A stretch of 64,000 nucleotides of DNA from Candidatus Multivorans sp. (GTDB lineage Bacteria > Acidobacteriota > Thermoanaerobaculia > Multivoradales > Multivoraceae). The DNA lies in NCBI GenBank assembly GCA_965224025.1, contig OZ245033.1, positions 608,001 through 672,000 of the forward strand. The letters run 5' to 3'. The translations under genes were made by a program, and so were the position numbers. Numbering within the stretch: the first letter of the stretch is position 1; the number at the start of each line of letters is the position of its first letter. Positions 18,905-27,939 of the stretch are shown here, piece after piece. The notes under the pieces are model-generated. The model was not told where the DNA came from. It saw nothing but the letters and a program-made list of their open reading frames with translations, and made no database searches.

Positions 18905-20680
18905 CTAAGGACCGGCGTACTCCAGCGCGAAGACGAACAGATTGTTCGCGAAACCCGGCTTCAACTCCGGCGTGAGCCGCAGGAAGCTCGACGTGGTCGC
19001 CGAGATACCGGTGCTCACCGCCACGTACTGCGTGCCGTCGACGGCATAGGTGATCGGGTAGCCGGTCACGGGCGCGCCGAGGTTGACCTCCCACAGCACC
19101 TCGCCGGTCTCCTGGCTGTAGGCCTTGAAACGGCCGTTCACATCACCGCCGAAGAGCAGTCCGCCGCCGGTGGCGACGAGTGATGTCGTCGACGCGCGCT
19201 GCTCGTGGAGCCACACCGTCTTGCCGGTCTCGGCCGAGATCGCGTAGACGGTGCCGAGGTTCTCCGTCCCCGGCGCCAGTTCGTGGCGGACGCTCAGGGC
19301 GTAGATCGTGTGGGAGGCGCTCGGGTCCGTCGTCGTCAGCGTCGGCATGCACATGTTCCGCAGCGGGTAGTACAGCGTGTTCGTCTCCGGGCTATAGGCG
19401 CCGGCCTCCCAGTCCTTGCCGCCGTGCATGTTGGGGCAGATGAGCCGCTCTTCTTCCAGGGCGTTGAAGATGACCTCGGGGTTCTCGGTCGCCTTGCCGG
19501 TCTCGCCGTCGATGCTCTGGATCACGTTCTGGTAGACGGTCGGCCGCGCCCAGAGGAACTCTCCGGTCTCGCGGTCGATGGAGTAGACGAGAGCCGTCTT
19601 GCCGGGGATGCCGGTGATCACCTTGCGGACCTCGCGGTGTTCGATGTTCGGGTTGATCCAGGCCACCTCGTCGGGGTCGGGGGCCACCGCGGTATCAACG
19701 ATCACGCGCTCGAACGGATGGTCCAGATCCCAGTGGTCGTTCATGTGCTGGTAGTGCCAGACGATCTCGCCGGTGTCGCCGTCGAGAGCGAGCGTGGAGT
19801 TGTGGTAGAGGTGCGTCTTGTCCGTACCGCCGAGCATGAACTTGGGCGCCGGGGCGGTGACCGACGTGCCGGCGAAGAGCAGGTTGAGTTCCGGGTCGTA
19901 GCTCGGCGGCATCCAGGAGCCGACGTGGGCCCGTTCTTTGAACGGCACGTCGCCCCAGGTCTCGTTGCCCGGTTCGCCGGGCGCCGGAATCGTGCGGCGC
20001 CGCCACACCTCCTCGCCGGTCAGCGCGTCGTGGGCTGTGATCACGCAGGCGTCGGGCCCGCCGCGCGGCGAGCAACTGCGGCCGGAGAACGCCTTCCCAT
20101 TGCCGATGATCGGGCCGGCGCCCTGCAGTGCGGGGTGGGTCCGGTAGTCCAGGACCATCGTCTCCCAGACCATCTTTCCGCTCTCCGCGTCGAGCGCGAA
20201 GAGGTGATCGTCGACGCTGGTGTCGATGATCAGGTTCGCGTAGATCGCGATGTTCCGGTTGTTCTCGGACAGGAAGCCCCCGACGTGCTCCTTCGCGTCG
20301 TCGGGGATCTTGCGGCGGTGCTCCCAGATCAGGTCGCCTGTCGCCGCGTCGAGCGCCTGGATCACATCGTCCGGGTTCGGCATGTACATGACGCCCCGGT
20401 ACGCGAGGGGCGTGCCCGTCTGGCTGCCGTCGTTGAGCGAGCGGGTCCACACCATGCGCAGGTCGCCGACGTTCTCCGGCGTGATCTGATCGAGCGGGCT
20501 GTAGCCCCAGCCGTTCGCGGTGCGCCGCCACATGAGCCAGTCCTCGGGCGCCGGGTTCTCGAGCATCTCGTCGGTGACCGGGACGAAGGCGTCGCCGGAC
20601 TGGGCGTGGACGACGGCGAGGCTCAGTAGCTGAGCGAAGACCGCGGCGGCGACGATCGGGTATCCGTACCGGTTCTGCAT
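18905..20680 (-). CDS. PQQ-dependent dehydrogenase (quinoprotein alcohol dehydrogenase-like beta-propeller)
   Basis: Signal peptide, WLMWRRT..GWGYSPLDQIT, repeated ALDxxTG..W docking motifs, PITYAVDGTQYVAV. Confidence 0.93.
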   Translation of the reverse strand: MQNRYGYPIVAAAVFAQLLSLAVVHAQSGDAFVPVTDEMLENPAPEDWLMWRRTANGWGYSPLDQITPENVGDLRMVWTRSLNDGSQTGTPLAYRGVMYMPNPDDVIQALDAATGDLIWEHRRKIPDDAKEHVGGFLSENNRNIAIYANLIIDTSVDDHLFALDAESGKMVWETMVLDYRTHPALQGAGPIIGNGKAFSGRSCSPRGGPDACVITAHDALTGEEVWRRRTIPAPGEPGNETWGDVPFKERAHVGSWMPPSYDPELNLLFAGTSVTAPAPKFMLGGTDKTHLYHNSTLALDGDTGEIVWHYQHMNDHWDLDHPFERVIVDTAVAPDPDEVAWINPNIEHREVRKVITGIPGKTALVYSIDRETGEFLWARPTVYQNVIQSIDGETGKATENPEVIFNALEEERLICPNMHGGKDWEAGAYSPETNTLYYPLRNMCMPTLTTTDPSASHTIYALSVRHELAPGTENLGTVYAISAETGKTVWLHEQRASTTSLVATGGGLLFGGDVNGRFKAYSQETGEVLWEVNLGAPVTGYPITYAVDGTQYVAVSTGISATTSSFLRLTPELKPGFANNLFVFALEYAGP

Positions 20681-20741
20681 CGGGAACCTCTCTTCTGTGT
20701 GGCCGGAGCCGTAGAGTATTGCCCGGTAACCTGCGGGGCGG

Positions 20742-21080
20742 AGCCGGCCTCCGGCCGGCGCGTTTCCTGGCCGCCTTCGCCGGCAGCGGACCAGAAGGTC
20801 CGCGCACCCAGAGATACGGCGCGGGTCTGGCGAGGCTCTCTACACAAACGACACGGTCTTACCGCCGCCACGAGGAGAAGGTGCCGGCCTGCGGCCGGCC
20901 GGTGGTCTGGCCGCCTTCGGCGGCAGCGGACCGGAAGGTCCGCGCACCCAGAGCGCCACCTTTCCCGGATGGAGAGTCTCTACTGCAGATCCGCCACTTG
21001 AAGTGACGCCATGACGGTTGCAGAACAGAAGCGCGCTCTCGTTGCAGCGTATCTCTGGGTGCGCGGACCTTCTGGTCCGC
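20742..21080. repeat. REP/REPIN-like palindrome cluster
   Basis: GCGGACC(A/G)GAAGGTCCGCGCACCCAG at 20786 and 20926 (140-bp period), plus an inverted copy at 21055-21080. 20786-20818 and 21048-21080 form a 33-bp inverted repeat. Confidence 0.85.
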
Positions 21081-21187
21081 ATCGCCCGGAGTGATGCTCG
21101 CGCAATCTCGGCAGGCAGGCGATGTCGCCGACAACTCGCGCTCGCTGCTTCGCAGCGGCTCGCCAGTACAGGTGCCAGCTAGGCTAG

Positions 21188-24019
21188 CTGGCAACGCCGC
21201 ACAAGAAGCTCGCTTTCGCCTCGGCTGCCGTAGCGGCAGCCGCTCTGTTCGCCCTATGTCCGTCCGTTCCGGCGCAGGAAGCCGGTGCGCTCGCCGGCGA
21301 CGGCGTCACCTCGCTCCTCGTCCGCCTTGGCGTGAACGACAGTGCGGCCCGCGACTGGGACGGCTCGCTCGAGATCTCGGGCGGCGAGTTGCTCGGCCTC
21401 CGCGACTGGCGGCCGCGGCCCGCCAACGAGGTCGAGGGCAGCATCTGGAAGCTTGCCAGCTACAAGGGCCAGAACTTCACCCCCCGCGCCATCCACGACA
21501 CCCAGACCGTCGGTCCGGTCGAGTACTACCGGTCGCCCGGACTGGTCGTCGACGTGCGGGGCAACGGCGGCTCGCGCCTGATGTTCGCCACCGCCAACGG
21601 CGAGTTCGAGGTCCGGCTTGCCGATGTTGCGTTCGGTCGTCGGCTGCGGTTCCTGGGCGGCGACGTGACGGTCGAGCGCGTGCCGGGTGTGGAGCGGATG
21701 ACCTCCGACGAGTACCAGAACGACTTCGCCACGATCCTCGGCAGTGACGGCGACGAGGTCTGGGCCGCCTGGCTCGGCTACCGCGACAACGCGAACGAGG
21801 TGCTCGCGCGGCGCTTCGACGGACAGGGCTGGGGAGAGGTCGAGACCCTGACGGAGCAGCCCGGCGATCACTATCTCGTGAAGATGGGCCGCGACGGGGA
21901 CGGCCGCCCCTGGGTCTTCTACTCGGCTCAGGTCGACGGTAACTGGGACCTCTACGCCCGCGTCCTCGACGCCGACGCCTGGTCGCCGGCGGAACGACTG
22001 ACCGAGGCGCCGCAGCCGGACGTCTTCCACAACCTGGCGACGGACGCCGAAGGCAATCTCTGGGTAGTCTGGCAGGGCTTCCGCGACGGCGCCGCCGACA
22101 TCTTTGCCCGCCGCCACGACGGCAAGCGCCGGTCCGAGGCGGAACAGGTCTCGTCGTCGCCGGCGAACGACTGGGAGCCGGTGATTGTCGCCGACTCGAA
22201 GGGCGGCGTCTACGTCGGCTGGGACAGCTACGGCGCCGGCAACTACGACGTGCTGGTCCGCCGCCATGCCGGCGGCGAGTGGGGAGAGGAGATGCCGGTC
22301 GCCGCGACGGCCAAGTACGAGGCGCACCTGAGCCTCGCCGTCGACGGACAGGACCGGGTCTGGGCGGCGTGGAACGAGAGCGGGGTGAACTGGGGGAAGG
22401 ACACCGGCTGGGTGCTCAACCGGGAGGGCACGCGGCTCTACGAGTGGCGCACGATGAATGTCGCGGTCCACGACGGCTGGGAATGGCGGTCGCCGGCCCC
22501 GGACTTGGGCGAGGCGCTACCCGAGGAACTCCACGGGTACAACGACTTCCCCGTGCTGTTCCCGGACGCCGACGGACGCATCTGGCTCCATTTCCGGCAC
22601 CGGACCACTCGACAGGCCGACATCCTCAGCGAGTCCCCGGCCCACCGGGCCGCCTGGGAAGTCTGGAGCACGACGCTCCAGGGCGACCGCTGGCTCCGGC
22701 CGCAGCACATCCCGATGACTCGCTTTCGGCAGGATGCCCGCTGGGGCCTGGCATCGGACGGCAGCGGCGATGTCTGGGCGGTCTGGCCGACGGACAACCG
22801 GGACTACGACGGCTTCCTGTTCGAACACGCCGACATCTACGCCGCGAAACTGCCTCGGCTCGAGACGAAGGTCGTGTCTCCGAAGCTGGTGGCCCGCATC
22901 GTCGACGAGGTGCCGGCCTACGTGATCCACGAGAACGAGGAGGAAGACCTGGAGAGGATCCGCGGCTACGAGATCGAGTCCGAAGGGAAGACGTACCGCA
23001 TCTACCGGGGCGACACCCACCGGCACACCGAGATCTCGATGGACGGCAACAACGACGGTTCCCTGATCCAGACCTACCGCTACGCGATGGACGCCGGCGG
23101 GCTCGACTTCCTCCTGGCCAGCGAACACAACTTCCTGGGCGGCCCGGACATCGACTACATCAACTGGCTCCTGCACCAGACGGTCGACGTGTTCTCGGTC
23201 TCCGGCCGCTTCCAGCCCTTCTACGGCTACGAACGGAGCATCTCCTTCCCCGATGGGCACCGGAACATCCTGTTCGCGGAGCGCGGCAAGCCGACGCTGC
23301 CGGTCACCGACGCGGAGCGGGCCCACGAGGAGGGCGCGGCGAGGCTCTACGAGTACCTGAAGGAGCAGAAGGGCATCGCCATCTCCCACACCTCTGCCTC
23401 GAACATGGGCACCGACTGGCGCGACAACGACCCGGAGGTGGAGCCCCTGGTCGAGCTCTACCAGGGCGACCGGGTCTCCAACGAGTACGAGGGCGCGCCG
23501 CGCGCCGCCCGCACCGGCAACCTGCGCTCGGCGCCGGGCGGCTTCCAGCCCGCGGGCTACGTCTGGAACGCCTGGGCCAAGGGCTACAAGCTCGGTGTCC
23601 AGGCGGCGTCGGACCACCTGTCGACGCATATCTCCTACGCCGCCACGATCGCCGAAGAGTTCACGCGCGAGGGCATGCTCGACGCGATGAGGAAGCGGCA
23701 CAGCTACGGCGCGACGGACAACATCGTCCTCGACTACCGTCTGCGGACCGGCGGCAGAGAGTACCTCCAGGGCGACATCCTGACCGCGGACGGGGACTTC
23801 CGGCTCAGCGTCCGCGTCATCGGCACGACGCCCATCCGCCAGATCGACATCATCCGCGACCAGACCTTCCTGTACAACCGCCAGAATCTCGAAGCCGACG
23901 TCAGCCTCGAGTTCGCCGACGCCGACGTCGAACCGGGCGAGCACCTCTACTACGTGCGGGTGATCCAGGTCGACGGCAACATGGCCTGGTCGTCGCCGAT
24001 CTGGGTGACGGTGGAGTAA
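21188..24019 (+). CDS. Secreted beta-propeller + PHP-like metallohydrolase (DUF3604-like); probable CTG start
   Basis: C-terminal GDTHRHT, SEH, GYE, GHRN, ASDH, RHSYGAT, YYVRV.Q.DG..AWSSPIW. The signal peptide is only obtained from CTG 21188. The ORF track starts at GTG 21332. Confidence 0.8.
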   Translation: MATPHKKLAFASAAVAAAALFALCPSVPAQEAGALAGDGVTSLLVRLGVNDSAARDWDGSLEISGGELLGLRDWRPRPANEVEGSIWKLASYKGQNFTPRAIHDTQTVGPVEYYRSPGLVVDVRGNGGSRLMFATANGEFEVRLADVAFGRRLRFLGGDVTVERVPGVERMTSDEYQNDFATILGSDGDEVWAAWLGYRDNANEVLARRFDGQGWGEVETLTEQPGDHYLVKMGRDGDGRPWVFYSAQVDGNWDLYARVLDADAWSPAERLTEAPQPDVFHNLATDAEGNLWVVWQGFRDGAADIFARRHDGKRRSEAEQVSSSPANDWEPVIVADSKGGVYVGWDSYGAGNYDVLVRRHAGGEWGEEMPVAATAKYEAHLSLAVDGQDRVWAAWNESGVNWGKDTGWVLNREGTRLYEWRTMNVAVHDGWEWRSPAPDLGEALPEELHGYNDFPVLFPDADGRIWLHFRHRTTRQADILSESPAHRAAWEVWSTTLQGDRWLRPQHIPMTRFRQDARWGLASDGSGDVWAVWPTDNRDYDGFLFEHADIYAAKLPRLETKVVSPKLVARIVDEVPAYVIHENEEEDLERIRGYEIESEGKTYRIYRGDTHRHTEISMDGNNDGSLIQTYRYAMDAGGLDFLLASEHNFLGGPDIDYINWLLHQTVDVFSVSGRFQPFYGYERSISFPDGHRNILFAERGKPTLPVTDAERAHEEGAARLYEYLKEQKGIAISHTSASNMGTDWRDNDPEVEPLVELYQGDRVSNEYEGAPRAARTGNLRSAPGGFQPAGYVWNAWAKGYKLGVQAASDHLSTHISYAATIAEEFTREGMLDAMRKRHSYGATDNIVLDYRLRTGGREYLQGDILTADGDFRLSVRVIGTTPIRQIDIIRDQTFLYNRQNLEADVSLEFADADVEPGEHLYYVRVIQVDGNMAWSSPIWVTVE

Positions 24020-24051
24020 CCCTGGGAACGCGGGTGGCGCGCCCGAGTGGC

Positions 24052-25248
24052 TCAGTGGTCCCGCGCGTAGTGCTGCCGGAGCAGGTCCTTGCCGTAGTCG
24101 TTGCCGTTCGGAGTCCGCACCACGGCATGGATGTGCTGGCGGATGGGCCCGCGGCCTTCGACGAGATGGCGGATGCCGACGGGCCGCTGGTGGTCGAACT
24201 CGATCAGGATGACCGGGCTGTGGATGCGGTAGTAGAAGACCGAATCGTCGCCGGTGCCGCCGATCCAGGCGAAGTGGGACTCGTCGAGGTGGGCCTCGAC
24301 TTCGTCCATCCGCACCCGGGCGTGCTCGTCTCGCATGTTGTGGACGTAGATGCCGATCAGGTCGAGCAGTTGCTCCCTGGCCTCGGCTGACAGTTCGGCG
24401 GCGGGGATACCCGCATAGTCGAGGACGATGTTGTCGCTGAACGCCTCGCCGAGGTTGTTGTTGCCGTCCTTGGAGGTCTCGACGATCGCCTTCGCGCGCT
24501 GCTCTTCGGTCAGGGAACGGATCAGCGCCAGACCGTGGTCCTGCTCCCGTTGCATGATCACGGTTCCCTTGAACTTCCCGGACTCGGCGATCACCGGTTC
24601 GGAGCCGACGAACAGCGGCGTCATGACGACCTGGTCACCGAGCACGAAGTAGTTGATGATCAGGTGGTGGCCGTCGACCTGCCAGCCCCAGGGCTGGTCG
24701 GCCGATGGTTCGCCCATCACGGTGATCCAGTACAGCCACTCGTTGTACTCGGCGAAGTTGTCGTTGTTCAGTTCGCCGAGGGTGCGGTTGAGGTTCATGA
24801 TGTCGCGGCTCAGCTTCAGGCCGTCCGCGCTCAGCGAGGCGCGCATCAGGCCGAAGGCGGCTTCGCGCTGGCTGGCGTCCATCTCGTCGAAGCCGACTCC
24901 CTGGCGCACGTAGAAGTGCTGGTTCATCCACTTGCGCCATTCGTCGTCGGCTATCGGGAACGTCGTCTTGGCGCGCTGCTCGGTGGAGAGGGCTGCCAGG
25001 AACGTCTCGGCGGCGAGGCGGACCGGCTCCGTCGACACGCCGGTCGACTCGATCTTGAACAGGCCGCGCTGGATGCCGGAGCTGGCGTGGATGCCGACGT
25101 ACGGGTCGTCGGCGAGGCGGGCGTCGATTTGCCGGCTGCGCTCCCGCATCCGGTCGGCACGGTCGCCGGGTCGTTGGGCGAACGCGGCATCGACCGCGAG
25201 CGCACCGAGAGCGGTCAGGAACACCACGCGAAGGGCTGTGACTCTCAT
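24052..25248 (-). CDS. DUF3500 domain protein
   Basis: Signal peptide AFA-Q, WGWQVDGHHL, TPLFVGSEP, FYYRIHSPVILIEFDHQ, HIHAVVRTPNGNDYG. Confidence 0.9.
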   Translation of the reverse strand: MRVTALRVVFLTALGALAVDAAFAQRPGDRADRMRERSRQIDARLADDPYVGIHASSGIQRGLFKIESTGVSTEPVRLAAETFLAALSTEQRAKTTFPIADDEWRKWMNQHFYVRQGVGFDEMDASQREAAFGLMRASLSADGLKLSRDIMNLNRTLGELNNDNFAEYNEWLYWITVMGEPSADQPWGWQVDGHHLIINYFVLGDQVVMTPLFVGSEPVIAESGKFKGTVIMQREQDHGLALIRSLTEEQRAKAIVETSKDGNNNLGEAFSDNIVLDYAGIPAAELSAEAREQLLDLIGIYVHNMRDEHARVRMDEVEAHLDESHFAWIGGTGDDSVFYYRIHSPVILIEFDHQRPVGIRHLVEGRGPIRQHIHAVVRTPNGNDYGKDLLRQHYARDH

Positions 25249-25291
25249 GGAATCACTCTACTGCGCGGTGCGCCGCGACTATTCTCCGCGG

Positions 25292-26685
25292 CTACTCGAA
25301 GAAGCGAGCCAGCACGACGTAGCGGATGACCAGCAGCGCCATCGCGGCCTCGAACGCGAAGACGACCCAGAGTCCGATGTGGGTCAGCCGCCGGGGCCGG
25401 ATCCGCGGGTCCATCTTCGTTCGCTGGAGCCACAGGGTGGCGCCGCACTGGACCGGCAGAAGGATCGCCGAGGTCAGAGCGCCGACCATGATCAGGACGA
25501 CGAAGTCGGTGACGAAGTAATAGATCCCGAAGGCGGCGAGCGGCAGGAAGACCAGGTAGCCGCGGATGATCTTCTTGCGCAGCGCCAGGTTCGAGCGCTC
25601 GATCAGGCCCATCTCCATCAGGTAGTCGGGGATCGTCCGGCCGCCGCCGCCGGCGCCCGAGAGCACGGTCGAGAACAGGATGAAGAAGGCGCCGATGGCG
25701 AAGATCCACACCGCCCACAGGCCGAGGGTCTGGGTGAAGATGTTGGAGAGCGCGCCGATCGTCTCGTCGTTGCCCTCGGGCGTCAGCCCCATCTTGTTCA
25801 GCACCCCGGCGCCGAGGACGTAGTAGGGGATCGTGGCGCAGGTGACGACGATGAGCGCCAGCCAGACGTCGGTGTGGAGCACCCGCATCCAGCCCCGCGC
25901 GTGGGACTCCCAGTTGGGGTCGCTGCGGTCCGCGCCGAGCAGGCTCGGGTAGCCCTTCTCGACGCACCAGTAGGTGTAGGAGGAGATGTCGCCCGAGGTC
26001 GTGCCCGTGTAGCCGTAGGCGGAGAGGGCCAGGGCCGCGAACACGACGAAGAGCGTCATGTCCGGCTTCATGCCGCCCAGAATCTCGCCGGGCGTCGTGC
26101 GGACTCCGTGAACTGCATCGCGACGAGGCAGACCAGGGTGCAGAAGGTGAACGCGATGACCAGGGGCACCATGACCCGCTCCAGCCACTTGTAGGAGCCG
26201 GTGCCGAGGATGATCGAGCCGGCGACGGCGATGAGGAACGTGCAGAGGACCCCGCCGATCTCGACGTTCGCCAGCGAGGCGAGGAAGGACATCGACTGGC
26301 CGGCGCCGCCGATGATGCCGCCGAGGCCCATCGTCCCCGGGACGTAGGCGAGCAAGCCGAGCCAGATCGGCCACGAGATCCGCCAGATACGCCCCGGCAG
26401 CCGGTTGATCGCACGCAGGTAGGTGTCGCCCGACTCGATCGTGTAGCGCGCCAACTCCGCCTGCACCAGGGACTTGCACCAGCACGACAGGAGCATCCAC
26501 CACAGCAGTGTGAAGCCGGCGGCGGCGCCCAGGCTGGTCGTGAGCACCAGTTCCCCCGTGCCGATCGCGGCGCCGGTGACGATCAGACTCGGTCCCAGGT
26601 ACTTCAGCCGGTCCCGGAACCTCACCGGCGGGGCCACGGCCTCGCCGTGGCGGACGGTGTACGGATCGAGTACTTGATTGGCCAG
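25292..26685 (-). pseudogene. NRAMP-family divalent metal transporter, -1 frameshift near 26101-26104
   Basis: N-terminal half (DPY..LGPSLIVTGAAIGTGELV, ORF 26068-26637) and C-terminal half (TTPGEILGG..YTYWCVEKGY, frame ending 25292) join at MQFTE/RTTPGE. Confidence 0.85.
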
Positions 26686-26871
26686 AAGGGGCTTCCGGAG
26701 CGTCTGGGGGCGCTGTGGAAGCGCCGGTCTGGGGTGGGTGCGGAGGGAGGGTATCAGCCGCGCCGCCGCCTCTTCCGCTCCGACGAAGGACGACGCCTGA
26801 GCCTCTCAACGCCGGTGGCCAGTGACGGATAGTGTCGGGGCGATGAAACCCACAGACATCCGGATCAGGCA

Positions 26872-27939
26872 ATGAGAGCGGTGTTCTCCCTCGTGGCCCT
26901 CTCCCTCACCGCCTCCCTGACCGCCCTGTCCTGCGCGGCCCCCGACGCCGAGCCCGCATCCGCCACCGACGCCGCCGCACCAGTCCGCGTCGAACGCCTC
27001 CTCGGCGCCCCCATCGTCGGCCCGGGCCTCGACCCGAGCCTCGGCGAGAACATCCAGGGGCCGTCACTCATCCTCGTGCCCGACTGGGTTGCCGACCCGC
27101 TCGGCCGCTACTACCTCTACTTCGCCGACCACAAGGGCCACTACATCCGCCTCGCGTACGCCGACGACCTGCTCGGGCCGTGGTCGATCCATGTGCCGGG
27201 CAGCCTGCAGATCGAGCACTCGCACTTTCTGGTCGAGCCGCCGGAGGTGACGCCCGAGATCGTCGCCGAGTGGGAGGCGCGCCGGGGCGTCAAGATCTCC
27301 CACGACATCCAGAAGGAGATCACGGCGACCCACATCGCGTCGCCGGACGTGCACGTGGACGTTGGAGACAAGCGGATCGTCATGTACTTCCACGGCCTGG
27401 AAGGCGTCGGCACCCAGGTCTCCCGGGTCGCCACGTCGACCGACGGCGTCCACTTCGAGGCGCAGCCACAAACGCTGGGCCGCACCTACATGCGCATCTT
27501 CCGCCACGGCGGGTGGACCTACTCCCTGGCCATGCCCGGCCAGTTCTACCGGTCCGCGGACGGCTTCACGAACTTCGAACAGGGGCCGCTGCTGTTCAAC
27601 CCGGACATGCGCCACTCGGCGCTGCTGCTGCGCGGCCAAACGCTGTGGGTGTTCTGGACCCAGGTCGGCGAAGTGCCCGAGCGCATCCTGCTGAGCAGCA
27701 TCGACCTCTCCGACGACTGGATGAGCTGGAGCGAGACCGACCCCGTCGAGGTTCTGCGACCCGAGCGCGACTGGGAGGGCGCCGACGCTCCCCTTGAACC
27801 GTCGGTTCGCAGCACCGCCTACGGTCAGGTCAACCAGTTGCGCGACCCGGCGATCTACGAGGAGGACGACCGCGTCTTCCTGCTCTACGCCGTCGCCGGC
27901 GAGAGCGGCATCGCGATTGCCGAGGTCTTCTTCGAGTGA
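26872..27939 (+). CDS. Lipoprotein with glycoside hydrolase-like five-bladed beta-propeller
   Basis: Lipobox LSC, NIQGPSLI.VPDW, YYLYFADHKG, HIASPDVH, QLRDPAI motifs. Confidence 0.75.
   Translation: MRAVFSLVALSLTASLTALSCAAPDAEPASATDAAAPVRVERLLGAPIVGPGLDPSLGENIQGPSLILVPDWVADPLGRYYLYFADHKGHYIRLAYADDLLGPWSIHVPGSLQIEHSHFLVEPPEVTPEIVAEWEARRGVKISHDIQKEITATHIASPDVHVDVGDKRIVMYFHGLEGVGTQVSRVATSTDGVHFEAQPQTLGRTYMRIFRHGGWTYSLAMPGQFYRSADGFTNFEQGPLLFNPDMRHSALLLRGQTLWVFWTQVGEVPERILLSSIDLSDDWMSWSETDPVEVLRPERDWEGADAPLEPSVRSTAYGQVNQLRDPAIYEEDDRVFLLYAVAGESGIAIAEVFFE

Noticed and set aside
20742-21080. Possible CRISPR array
   Set aside because: Only 2-3 units, one inverted, with a 140-bp period and no cas genes. 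It fits REP elements.
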